Shown here in pieces: positions 1 to 13,200 of a DNA stretch of 64,000 nucleotides. A program made the position numbers and the translations under genes. Source of the DNA: Phoronis australis. Lineage: Eukaryota > Animalia > Phoronida. The notes below the pieces were generated by a model. It saw nothing but the letters and a program-made list of their open reading frames with translations. It did no database searches and had not been told where the DNA came from. The DNA is taken from NCBI GenBank assembly GCA_002633005.1, contig NMRA01000044.1:1162283-1226282 (forward strand), given 5' to 3'. How positions within the stretch are numbered: the first letter of the stretch is position 1; each line of letters begins with the position of its first letter.

Positions 1-474
1 CCCCCCCCCCCGGCCCCCCATGGTGCGCCGCCCATGTCTTACGATAATCGCGGATGGGATTTTTCCGGGGACCCCGATTGATTGTTTCTCTCGGTTATTG
101 TTAAGAATGCAGGGACACGCGGCTTTGAGGATTTTTGTACCCAGGCCAAAAGGCACGACTCGTTTCGATGTATAAAACACGAAATGGTCTGTTGAATTTT
201 TGCAGCGTTATATGTCAAACTCGGGTCCAGCTATTTTAAGCAAATTGAAAGAAACAATGTATCAATCAGTGTTGAGTCCTGTCTACGCATCCTGATTAGT
301 CGTATGCAACTTTGTGTCGACTTCATACGACAATCTTAGTGTATAGCTAGTGATCCAAAAGTCGTATACAACTTCTGCGTCGATAGAAAATTGAGGCAAA
401 ATCGGACATTTTCTTTTTGGATTTCAAACGCGACACATTGTACAAGACTTTTTACTCGAAAATTCGAGACACAG

Positions 475-563
475 GCCTTGTCTACACACGCCGATGAGTC
501 GTACACGACAGTCAATTAGTACAAAGTCGACGTACACGACAAATCGTAACGAGTAGACAAGGC
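475..563. mobile_element. Short Harbinger-like MITE (GCCTTGTCTAC TIR)
   Basis: gccttgtctac ... gtagacaaggc; related gtcgta/tacgac-rich sequence at 278-370. Confidence 0.55.
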
Positions 564-1432
564 TACCTACATGTAAATGAAACAATTTCGATTGCTCCAA
601 GATTTGATCGATGCAAAAAAACGAGTTCGTAAATCTTATGATTGAAGCTTATATTTTCTAACTTGTATTCATTACTGATAGCTGTTACATGGTTTAGAAG
701 GTAGTAGGCATGCAATAAATGAATAAAATTAACGAGGGTTAATTTGCACTATTACTGAGCAGGGTTATTGCGCAAAATCAAAAATGACAATTAAAGCCGA
801 GACAGTCTAGATATTTTAAGTAACTCTGATTGGATAAAATCTGGTCACCAGATGCTCGTGAAGTCTTTCTGTAAATGACGTCATGTATACCGAAAATAGG
901 AAGAAGTCACGTGCAATCAATATTGGAAGGTGTCACGTGTCATCTATGGCGCCATGTCAGAGTGCCATCACTTCGAAGCATAAGCACGTGCGTCCCTATG
1001 ATTCTTGGTACGCAAATAGGCCTGGCTATAAGTTGTCAAGCCGTCTCTAAGCATGGCGAAAGCAACAACTATGCTATTCCTCTACTAGGCGGGTGTTGGG
1101 ACGCCATACTAGACAAACCCATTTAGTTACAAAAAAAGAAATACTAACGGAACCGGAAGTGACATTACGTGAGAACTGCCATCCGCTGCCATACCCAGTT
1201 GGTCGGTTACTGGACGATGGTTGCTTTTGAGAAGAGAAATCAAATCTGGGCTGAGAACGGTCGTTTCAAGAAAGCACACCGAGTTTTGCAAAATTCATCA
1301 CCAAGGATGGGTTGCATAAAACATGGCTCCAGATTCTAATAAATAATCTCTGGTTGCTTCAAAATTCCCTAACAAATATTCGATTGTTGCATGGCGTCAA
1401 CAGCACTGTACCATGAAGTAATGATACCATGC

Positions 1433-1596
1433 GCAATAAACTCTATGGTGTGAGACGTGAAAATATGGCGTCAAAGTCGCCATTGTTGCTTTCCATAATA
1501 GGAAGTCCCTCTTCATGACAGTTTTTAAACGCTGGAGAAGAACAATGGCGACCTTGACGTTACACTGTCACATGTCACAACATGGAGTTTATTGAG
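1433..1596. repeat. Degenerate inverted repeat (MITE-like)
   Basis: caataaactctatggtgtga...gtcgccattgtt is mirrored by aacaatggcgac...tcacaacatggagtttattg. Confidence 0.6.
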
Positions 1597-1644
1597 TTAT
1601 TGTACAATATAATTCTAATAAAAATTTAAGTTAATAATAATGTT

Positions 1645-1790
1645 CAAGGAAAATTACATAACTTTTTGAAAAGTGTATACAAAAGCCTAACTTAAAGCGA
1701 GTGTCCTAATGAGAGAAAAGGCGGGTTGTGTATCTGACATTTTTAATTCTAGAACTGGAGTTAGACAAGGATGTCTGCTCTCCCCTTATT
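1645..1790 (+). mobile_element. Non-LTR retrotransposon reverse transcriptase fragment (RTE/CR1-like)
   Basis: GKLHNFLKSVYK...SDIFNSRTGVRQGCLLSP contains the RT GVxQGxxLSP motif; frameshifted and truncated. Confidence 0.75.
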
Positions 1791-2462
1791 GTATTCTCTG
1801 TTGTACACGACTTGGAAAGAGAATTGAAGACAACCAGTGGGTTATATGTGAATATTTAATTCTTATTGATGTTCGCTACTACAGTCCTATGGTGGGAAAA
1901 TTGTTGTCTTTAGAAATGACGATATTTTACGTCACAATGAAAACTGGATTTTTGGTGGTGAGAGAATTGAAGCTACTGTAGAATAGAATTTCCTTGGAAT
2001 AACATTTCGCTCAGTAGAGGGGAGTGTTTACCAAGGCGCAGAAAACGTTATCAGACAAAACGTCAAACTCAGCAGTTTTTGCGCTAAAATCCCGGTGGAG
2101 GGTTTTGCCCGTATAAAAGATGATTAGGGATGTGTTGACACCAGAAGGTAATCGCAAAATAGATATTGTCTCGGGTAGGTATTTAAATCTTGGTATTGTA
2201 TCGGGCGGGTATTTTGTCGCATGCCAAGGTTTTGCTTTGGTCTGGATTTTCACGTCTCAGCGACACACCCCAATCCATTTTTGGAGAGAACCCCCGAAGC
2301 AAACATCACGTGTAGTGAAGTTCCTGGATACCCCAGTGACTGTGTGGCTGGAAGTTTGATATGCTAAAATACAGCCAGTTCTGGTTTAGTACATGTCAGA
2401 GGCGGGGTGGGGTAGGGAAAAGTGTCGAATATGTTCACAACAAATTTTGTAAATACTTGTTA

Positions 2463-2727
2463 CATGGGTGCGCACCCAGGGAGGGGTCGGGGGCTCGAAC
2501 GAGCCCCTTAATTTGGCTAATTGTGCAAAAAGGTCCGCCTCAGTGAAAAAAGTCCGAGTAAACGACACCAAAGTCCACAAAGGACACAAGAAATCGGCGC
2601 AGATGCACAATTCGTAGGCCTGAACCTAGTAGCCCCGTTTTTTTCAGTACTCGTTGATTTTCTTCAGTAAAAGGTCCCCATATCGAGAAATTCGAGCCCC
2701 CTCTATTGTATGCTGGGTGCGCGCATG
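2463..2727. mobile_element. MITE with 5-bp TSD (hAT5-like)
   Basis: TIRs CATGGGTGCGCACCCAG / CTGGGTGCGCGCATG, TGTTA on both flanks; homologous to 24149-24408. Confidence 0.75.
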
Positions 2728-3659
2728 TGTTAGGACTCGGATTAAATGTGTCATATACTGCCGAAGTGAAAGTAGGAAGGACGAAGGTGAACAGAGATCA
2801 CGTGACAGGACGAAGTTTTTATTTCCCGTCATCTGGACCCCGACGGAGTGGGATTTGGAAAAATTACCTGCCAGCGAGGGCGCGGGACTGTGAAACCTAC
2901 AGCTCATGGAGCAAACTATGACTGTCATCCACGTAAAACATACGTGTCGGTAAAAAAACAATTAGATATTTGAGCCAGACTCTGTATCAAATCCCCATCA
3001 CAAACTATCACATCTGAAAGACTTATGAAAATGTATATTTCCGTGATGATACGTCTGAGTATTTTATCTTATGAACCAAAAATGCCTGTGCATTTTTTAA
3101 AATACAGTTGCAGGTGATTCAAACCAATATTTCGTGCGCTGTGACAGGTAAAAATAAAAAAATACATCAAGTTTAGAGTGTAGAATAAAAGGACAATGTT
3201 TTCAGAAAAGATATTGATTGATTAACGCACCCTGTTGCTAATCTATTAAACACAAACGGGATAGATCGGATGTGAAGTCATAATGAACAAAAATCATGTG
3301 AGTTGAACAGTATTCTAATAACTTTAGCAGTCCAAGGGGCGTGCATAGTTGTCCAGGCTCAGGTTGCAAAAGACGCCACCGAAGGCCATTTCTTGTCTTG
3401 AAGTATACCCGAAAAAATTTCCAATAAACTCTTAATCCCATAAATTCCTGTAAAGCGTTACTCGTATTAGAATGGCCGAGCGATTCGTTTACTTTACCCA
3501 TTTGCTAGATACAAAACAGCATAAGACGAGAAAAGGCTGGCGCTGAAACTGAACTGCAAGAAAAAACGTTGTGAAAACAAGCCTCGGTTATGCAACCTCA
3601 CCCCATTAGAACATAATTCAAAGTGGAGAAAAACAGCAACAGTAAAAGTAGCAAGTTAC

Positions 3660-3680
3660 CTGTTGACCGAATACTGGGAC
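3660..3680 (-). CDS. Candidate 21-nt microexon of the ITPR-like gene (VPVFGQQ)
   Basis: tttgtttgcaacag|GTCCCAGTATTCGGTCAACAG|gtaact; symmetric phase 0, no stop, in frame after exon 16. No homology support. Confidence 0.45.
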
Positions 3681-4104
3681 CTGTTGCAAACAAATGACAC
3701 GATAATCATGAACACGAGTATACAGAGAAACTCAAGGGTTTTGTGGATTCATTCTAGTTACAAAATTCATAATAAACGGAGATATTGCCATTCAAGTAAC
3801 AACATTTTAATTGAAAATGTTGAATAGCATAAAGTGCTATGATATCTGAAATATTTCTTAACAATAGCGAATGTTTTCTTCGTCAAAATTAGATTCCATG
3901 TGCATTTCGATAACAAAAAATGCCAGTAATTAGGCGTCTTCTTCAAATAATTCAGCATAATCTTAGTTGCGCCTTTTTCATTTTTCACAAATGATATACA
4001 TCGACCCTAACCACAGATGTATGCTTTAAGCCAGATTATCCAAGTCCCCGCAAGATGGCGCCATTTGCACCGTCACGAAAGGCATGCCTGTGATATTCAC
4101 TTAC

Positions 4105-4209
4105 CCTGTCTGTACGAAGCCATGCTTCTGTGATGTAACTCTGGTTGTCTGGTATAGCAATACCGTTACAGACGCACATGACGCTCAATAGCTCCAGGAA
4201 CAAGTAGTG
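4105..4209 (-). CDS. ITPR: ITPR-like coding exon 16 (HYLFLELLSVMCVCNGIAIPDNQSYITEAWLRTDR)
   Basis: ccgtcttcag acceptor, GTAAGT donor, 105 nt; matches the RIH motif FLDYLSDLCV...IPxxQxxI. Confidence 0.92.
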
Positions 4210-7200
4210 CTGAAGACGGAAGTATTGTCGTTCAAAAGTTTATGCGGGTCATTGGCGTGAAATATACGATTTTTTTCTGAGGTATATACACAAGACTCTT
4301 TAGTTAGTGAACGCAGCAGGTAATGTCTAAATGCACGTGCTAAGCCCTTTATTTGTAAAGATGTTTCTTCAAATCCGACCTGCGTCATGCATTGTCAGGG
4401 GAGCTTGAGCCTGCCACACATTTTTAGAAAGGTTTCATTGTTTTTTGTTGTCACGATTACATCTCATCAAATGTGAGATTTCAATCATCACTTAGAAACG
4501 CTCCGTTGCCAAAGTAATGGTTCGCTTAATGAAGTTTTGAACACAAAATAATGACAAAGTCTCTTTAGGTATAATTTTAAATAATGTTCAGATAATTCAT
4601 TACAAGTGTATGTTCTGAGAATATGCTCACCTTTCGTTCCTTGAGAAGCTGCACCATTTCGTCAATGTGGTGGCGCTGCAACCTGTCCACTATTTTTCTA
4701 TTATCCCTAATTAGCTCCACCAACATGTGCGCGACGTTCAAACCAATGTCGCCTTCCTGATGGTAAAAATATCTGAACACGTGAACAGTAAAAGAAAACA
4801 AGTGAAAAAATCAGAACAGGAAAAACGAAGATGATGAAAAAAAACAAAATAACAATGAGGGGACCAAGAAGATTTTGAAGAAGATGGCGACGACGATGAT
4901 AACAATTGCAATAATAATAATAACAAAACCTCAGAAGATGATACTGATGATGTGAAGACGAAGAAGACGAAAAAGGTGGAAAACATAAAGATTTAGAAAT
5001 GAAATGCTAGATTACTGAAGATTTCACTTTCATAGAAGCCACAGTTAGAAGTCACATGAAAATCGCCGATAGAAATATGTTAAGGGCCTCTTCCGAAATA
5101 ATTATTGAGCTCGTTTTGGTTCATTGTATACCAAATAATCTCGTATGGAGCTCGCAAGTTGTAGTGTAACTTGCGAAAACCATATAAAAACTCCCAAAAC
5201 AGAGGTTTTAAATAGTGAATTTTTTGGCTTTAAAGTTATGAGTCGAGTAAATATAGAATTTATGAATTGGTTTGCGTTCTGGGATGTGAAGAGCAGAAGT
5301 CTTTTGGTTTAAAAACTACGTAAATATTCATGTCATATTGGTCAAACGCAGAAAGAAATGGACATGAGAGGAAACTGTCCACAAGTTACAAATTAATGCG
5401 AGGATAACATGTACTAATGTAATTTGCTTACAGCTTTATATTGAGCAAATGGATTTCGACGTTGATCCATTGAGAACTATTCTTGATTGAAAAGATGCAC
5501 AACTTTATTTTGAATGTTTAAGCCAAAATTCTCTCACTACCATTGCACGGTTACGTCACGTGACGGTTACGTCACGGTGTGCGCCTACCAGGAGAGATAA
5601 AAGTTGAAACTGTACGACCCTTGTGACCTCACTGTGGAATGAGACGGAAGGTCTTTCCCCACAATTCTCGATTTATTCATTCGAGGCGTTAGTCACGCTA
5701 GGCTTTGCAAATGATATTTAAATTTACTCCAATCGTTTAAGAGTTGACGAGAGTTACAAAGAGGTATTGTTAAAAGACAATGCCATCCGTATAATATCTG
5801 TTAACATCCTAAAATACATGTACGGTGAAGTTTTTGGCGGGAACTGCCCTGAATAAAATTACCTTTTGCCTTATTTGGGTTGTACTGAAAAAGTCAATAT
5901 ACTTGGCGAAGTACAACGCATTCTTTCGACTGTTTCCCATGAGGTAGCGTTGCAAGACATCATACGCCCCCTTGTAGACATTCAAGAGATAATGGTGGTC
6001 GGGCGCGCTGTCGAGTTGATTCTTCAACAAACGGACTAACTGATCAACTACACGCAGATTACGAAGAAGTTTCTGACGTTTCTTGCTGGGGTCGCCCTTG
6101 ACAATGAGGAAGTCGCTCAGTTCTTTGAGAGCCTGAAGCAAAGAGGACGCGTTACAACGGTGATCCAACGATGTCGTTAGTATCCATTATACGAAACAAT
6201 TATTTTGAAACAGATGATAAGGAACTTCCAATGCTGAACATACTTTTCCGAGACAGTGACGCATAAATCGCAAACAAGCTATAGAGACTGTTAAAATATA
6301 GCGTCAAAACCCGTTACCTTTTCAACAGTGTGTGTCTTTATTGCGTTGAGATATCTACCTTCATCTCTCTGAAATCAAAAAGAGCAGAACGTCAGACGAA
6401 CATCAAACAAAAAGTGCAAAATAACCGCGACATTGCTGCGACTTTGCTCTCTAGTGTGGATTTCAAACCAATGAATTCAATACTTACATCACTGATCAAG
6501 GTGAAAATAAATGGCACCATTCCGGCAACGTAGTTGAAATCTTGAATGGACGTTTGCTCTACGTCTTGTATGGTGAAAACGTCTACGTAACGCTTATCTT
6601 CCGTGAACGTCAGCTAGATGACAGAAACAGTACTTCAAAACAAAATATAACAACAGCAGATGTTAAGACAATTCTCTGTTAGTATTTGAAATTAACTTTA
6701 ACAGTCATCTAAGGAACGTGAAATCAAAATAAGCGTATTACGCCAAACATTCAGGGATCTATACCCTGGATAACAACAATGGCGTCACACTATCGCACGT
6801 GACGTTGAACAATGCACTTAACGCCATGCAACAATCAAACTTATCCAGTGCAACCCAGGCCTGGGGCCCATTTCGTGAAAAGTGACTCAAAAGACTTTGA
6901 GACATAATACCATAAATTAAAAGATCGTTTCATCATGCTTCTTAGGTTATGACACATAAATGTTAAATTAGGATATTGGATTATACATCTGCATTTGAAC
7001 ACACCTTTCTAAGTGGAGCACCGTCCCACTTAAGTGTATCAAAGGATTTCACTTCACCACTGTCTCCCCGCGTGCCAGAGCGTTCGTACTCTACATCTAA
7101 AAATAACTCGAGGTCAATATTTACTGCGCGAAATAATGGAAGCATTGTCGTACTTTTCGTACTTTGGAGAGACGCTGGCAATTCATAACGGTGGACCTTT

Positions 7201-10200
7201 TGCTTCTTAAATTACTTCTTAAGAAAAGTGAAAATGGCACACCACAATGTTGATGCGATGAACATCTGACATATTGAGAGGTCAATGAACAAAATGGATA
7301 AACTAGGTGTCATATGATTCTCGCAGTGTCTACATGAATTCAAAATATATCCATGTTGAAGGAAACATGAGAGAAAACGTGTTTCTGAACTGAAGACTCA
7401 ATCCGTGATGTTTTAAGCTCTCAAGAACTAGTCAGAAGTAACTCATGTCAGTTATGTTTGAATCAAATATTATATTGGGCGCTGCTTCGGTGGACCAAAC
7501 TACGGAACAGCTTCAAACAAGAATGAAATGGGTTAAAGACAGTCAACTTGATAAAAACTTACCTTTGAGACCGTGAAACCAGTATCCCGTGAGAACATGT
7601 TCGATTCGCGCGTAGCTACCAAACTGAATGGGACCCGATTCGTTTAAAACAGGATGCAGGCGGAAAACTGTTCTGGGATCATCTTGGTCCGGCGTAAGAG
7701 AAACACTTAAATCTGTATTTAGATTCTCCTCGAGTTGTCCTGATTTTAGTGTGAAATCAGATTTAACGCACAAGTACTGGCGGGTGACCATATGACGTAA
7801 TCGAACTTGCTGCTCCCACCTGATGACGTCACCTGGAAATCCAAATGTACCGAATTCCATATTTTCATGTTAAACTACAATAACTTCGTAGCACTCCGAT
7901 TCAATGGAAGTCAGTGTTTACGCGGAGTTGTAGGATAACAACACTATTTTGTACTGCGACTTAGACAATATCCAATAATATGTTCTGTACCGAGAGCGCG
8001 AAAACAGACTGCAAGTGGATGCGATGCCATGATGAGACTGATGTCTTACTACAACCATAAGACACATAGCAACTCAACTAAGATAATACCGAATCTGTTG
8101 ATGTGGCCGCACTTCGAATACTCGACCATTTGACTTTCACAGGGGTCCTTAGATGTTTTGTGTGACCTCAAAATGTGATAATGATCCGAGCAAAGCATAG
8201 ACAAAATGTCAACTATTTCTTAAAATATAAGCTTATGGCATATTATGCGTACCGGTAGTTTTGAAAAGCAGTTTTTTTAGAAAGGCAAACTTCATGACGT
8301 TGTACTTGGCAATTTTGTAAATCTGCGCATTGTTGACTGCCTTTTGATAAAATAAGCTAATAGCAAGTTTTAAAATCTTCGTGACGTTATGTTGCAACCT
8401 GAAGCAGGAATTCGCAATCAAGCGATAGTTTTCTAGCACACATTGGAAAGTGCTTTCAAAACTACTGCCGTCGACGAAACATCTTCTTGAGCAGTTAGAG
8501 GCCTACTTGTGTGGTAAACAGTGACTTGGTAGGTAAAAGGGAATTCAATGCGCAAATCCCGTTTATCTGTGGGAGACCCACTCACCGTTTAGTATGCTTT
8601 CTTCAGCCTCAATCTGCCAATAGTTGATCGCTGTCGTCGGCGGTGACATGGATTTGGGCCGTGCGAAGTTGATCTCGCGAACGCGTAGGTGAACTGCAGA
8701 GAAAAAATAGTCATAAAGAAATAACGAACACACGCCTTATAACAAGAATAATTCATGATTTTGGCCACTTACATTTACTTAAGAAACCGGTCTCACCTTC
8801 ATCCTAGATCATGTCTGAGCGTTTAAGTCATATTAATTAGGGACTTGGTCCTTAAGTAAGGTGCGTTGCATGAAAAGATCGCTACTCATTTTCAATAATA
8901 TGGAAAATTCAACTTAAAGTTTCCTCTCGATTCGTATCAAAGTAAAAAATTGACTTGATAACGCTACGGACCTCGTTAAATTAGCCTGCCGAACTTTGTA
9001 GGCTACGGTGAGTGTCCAAATGCCAATAAATCCGTAACAGTGAAATAAAACAACACGTTTTTATAAGAACTCTCGGTGTATTTTTAAGGGTCTTACATCG
9101 AAGTTTGATGATTTATTGGTGTTAAATGATGAATTCAAGCGATAAGCTGACACCAGTAACCCGTGTTGCTAACTGCTAAACAGACTGCGGGTGAAACCAA
9201 TGACGTCATCGGATAATTTCAATCTCCGTCTGCCGTCAGGTGTCAGGTAACGCAACCGAACGTGCCGTTATCGAGTAGAACTACTCGATCTAAATTGATA
9301 CAAATTAGGTTGTATTGTGGGTGGCATTTTCCATTAAACAGCACGAGACAGGACAATAAGTGTTTTCACCAGTCCACAAATACGCAGTAGATTTAGGAAA
9401 CTTTCCCTGTTTGGGACTGTTTCATGCAACCGGACAGAGAAGACCTGACCGTTTTTTTCGGCTTCAGACCAGGCTCATTACGGTAGCGTGTCATGGCGAG
9501 AATGTTTCACTAGACGAATCAGTGAGGTCACCACATGAATTCTAGGCGCTTTATTACAATCAATTTCAATTTACACAGAGGAAAACGATGCGATGACATT
9601 GCTTGGGGAAGAGCGAATAAGCCGTTTTTGTCACCAGAACACGGTTTGCGGTCAGAGGCAATAAAAACTCGGGTAAAATGGTCACGCAAATTTTGGTGCA
9701 CTTTCATTGGATAACGCCTTTAAAATTTGTGCACGTTGTGATTGTGAACATGGCAAAATCGTTCTGAAACATTCATAAGTATCAGGCGTAATAGTTTGTC
9801 CCCGCTAGTAACGAACCAATTTGTTGCCAGATGCCATGACATAGTCTTGTCCAATGAGATAAATATAGTTCATTGGTCAATGCTAAGGAGAACAACCAAT
9901 GGTGTATAACCAACGGAGGGAGCGATGTACGTCTGTCTGTGTTGCCTTAAACGATAGGATTGACGCGTGAGTTTTTAGTTAACATAATCAACAGCTTACC
10001 GTCCTCTGTAATTTCGTCTTCAAACAGACCTTCGGCCGCCAGGAAAGCTTCCAAATCTTTATGAAACATGCGCACAATACTTCCGCCCTTCAAAACAACA
10101 GGAACACGACGTATAATTGTCAACAAAACTCAGCGACAGGCATTTAATCTTTATCATTAAAGACATCTTGAAAATCGCGTTGTTAGTACGCACAAAAAGA

Positions 10201-13200
10201 TGACACAAACTATTCTCTACTGTCAAGATGACTTTGTTGATAACAGATATTGTTAACAGCTTTGTTGATAAGGTGGGTACACTTGATTGACTTCGTCGGT
10301 TCCGCCAGATCAACCAACTAAGGCACCTGATTGGTTCTTGATGACGATTTTCGGCATACAGACCAATCAGATAGTCGGCAGAACCGGCGAAGTCAATCAA
10401 GTGGAACCAGTGTGTCTTGAGTCTTGACATTTTTCCTGAAAAACGCAGGAACTGACTTTCGTCTCCATTTTTATGAAGTATCAGCAAAAGATGCCGATTG
10501 GTAAAAAGACTCAAGGTGGCACCACTCTCAATACAAACTGATACACTAGATGGCGGGACTAATGGTCAAACGGAAATCGTCATCATTTAATGAAACGATC
10601 AGTCAATTAATATTCGTCTGATGCACTGACCTTTCATGACCATATTACACAGATGAATGTAACCCGTATGGGTTATTAATCTGTGTGTAATGGTTGCTGG
10701 GCGATTTACCGTTGGAATATTCTCCTGATAAACCGGTTGCCGATGGAGCCTTCAGTTTGATTTATTGACACGGTGCCCGTATTTACAAGGAAATGCATGG
10801 AGTTCATTATTGCTTTCAAGAACAACAGTTGAAAACTGTGAACCGCTATTACCCTAGGTCTTACCCTTAATGTTGCTTGAATATCCTCGTCTTTCGGGAC
10901 TCTGGTATTTTTGACAATAGTAAATCCAGTCATTGCCACGCCCAGATTTAATTCGGATCTGAAACGTATTACCGTTTAAATACTCGTTCTAATATAAAGA
11001 TGTCAACGAAATTTAATTTATGCTTGACATATGCTCCGACGATATTAATGAATCGCTAGGTTGATTTCATTTGCTTATGCTGTGGTCACTTCAACAGTAC
11101 AGTTTTGACACTTTAACCTTTTCACCTCAAATATTCAAGAAAGAATAAAAGTATTGTAAACGTTATTGGCTATGAGAATGATGAGTTCACATCGAAACAT
11201 GTCAGGAAAATGAAATTGCGTACTATTTGACTATTCATTAAACTTTAACGACGTTTTAAACTTCTGCGGATACGCCCGTTTCTCATTGAAGACACAACTC
11301 CTAAGGTTCGATTTTTATCTGCGGACTATTTTAATCTACACCAAAGTAAATGGAGTCATAAATAATACGTCATTGCATTTGTTTCCGATTTACGACCAAA
11401 ACGTCCGTAAGCGAAATTCAAGGATCCAGGCCGTCGTTTTATTTGCTGTGAACTAGGAAACGTATACTCACGCTATATGGTGCCCGGATATGTTCCACGG
11501 TACACTACTGTGAAAGTAGTGTCCAGGCGACTTGTAACTCTCGAGAATGATTTGGTCGAAGTATTGCACCTGTATGGACAATAACTAGTCTTAGAAAGTT
11601 ACAATTACCACAGTTTACTATAGTATTTACAAATTTAATATACGCGTAAACGGCCATTAAAGCTTCAATTTTAGCTTCTGATCATCTTAGCGTATCCTTT
11701 GAAATATTTAGTGTTTACTGCCCTCGATTTTATGAGACCCGACATCGTTATTTCTAACGTGGCAGGACTGGACAGCGTAATATGAAACGCGCTTCTGTCT
11801 CATCTGTTAAAAATCCTTTCACCTTGGCCGTTTTAAATTTCTAATATTCGAGTTGAACGTCTAACGAAATCTGTAACAAATCCTACATATCTACAGTTCA
11901 GTTTGAAAAGGTCTGTCAAGTATACTTTGGAGAAGCAACTATGCAAGCGGTTTTTCTATTGAAACATAATTCTGAAAAGATATATGAAAAAGATGAAAAA
12001 AGTGACTTTCTGAAATCAGCCACAGCACGGAATCGAACTAAAAACCTCTCAGGCATAGTCCATCGCTCTACTGACTGAGCTAAATTCGAAATAAGTGGCC
12101 GAGTATTTTAAGCGTATTTAAATCATAAAGCCCTTAGCCTTGCTTTCAGCAAATGTCTAGCAGACAACGGCAAGATGCCGATTAGTAATGTAATCACAAA
12201 AATACAACGAATTTCGTTGCTTCATAGCTCTGATGAAAGCTAAAAACTCCAAGGAGTGTATCCCATCCAACGGTAATCCCAAACAAATGCGTTTTTAACC
12301 TTAAACGGCTAAATCACAATCAAGGTCCATATTCGAGAGTTGACAGTGTTAGGATTTGAAATAAAATTTTTGGTCACTTACCAAATGCTAATTGAATCTC
12401 ATATGCAAAGAGTTATTCAGTTGTTCAAATTAAAAAACAATCATCAAAATCGGACAATGTTTGAGAAATTTATGCATGTTTTTGTCAATGAATTTCATGC
12501 ATTTTTAGCGTTACGAGTAGCCATTTTCAAAATAACAATTTTCAACCGTCACCAGTAGAAAAGAAATATATTTTATCAAGCAACCAATCGTTTAGATATG
12601 ACAGGTAATAACTTGAGTCACTTTCAGAGTCAATTAGATGACGGTGTGCTCAATCATTGAGAAATGGTAGTGTTCATCATTAAACAGGCACTCGTTACGA
12701 AATTTGTAAATTCTGTGTTTCTAACCCTCACCTACTGTAAAGAAGGTTAAAAACTGAAGTTCACACTCTGTAACGAAAAGAAATGCAAAATATGTTAGCC
12801 CAGGCAACACAGCAAATTATTCAATATCTAAACAAACCAAAAGTTTGGAAATTGAATTGGTTCTGCTATGTTGAAAATGGGCCAAAAAGGCTAACAAAAT
12901 GTAGTGTACGTACCCCCATGTGGAATTCAGTAACACAAATGGTCATTGCAAATGAAATTATTGCCTTTTAAATAACAACATGGTGCTTATTATCAGCAAA
13001 GAAAAATAAATGGCCATACAATATTATGTTACCATGTGATGCAGAAACAGTGATGTAGTGTACGTACCCCCTTTTGTAGTGTACGTACCCACATGTTTAC
13101 AAATGCCATGAAATTAAAATATCACTTGGTAAGTGAGCAACATTGGTCATAGACAGTTTCCTTCCTTAAAAATGTTAGGTTAAACGACTGTTTATTGCTA

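Noticed and set aside
1168-1251. Possible ITPR exon PRFDFSSQKQPSSSNRPTGYGSGWQFS
   Set aside because: Acceptor-like ttctcag but a weak donor and no homology; left uncalled.
3238-3504. Next ITPR exon (QMGKVNESL...RVYFKTRNGLRWRLL)
   Set aside because: There is a plausible acceptor near 3505 but no recognisable IP3R similarity and no convincing in-phase donor; cannot be supported without RNA data.
12018-12083. Functional tRNA gene
   Set aside because: A and B boxes are present but the acceptor and anticodon stems do not pair; more likely a SINE head or pseudogene.
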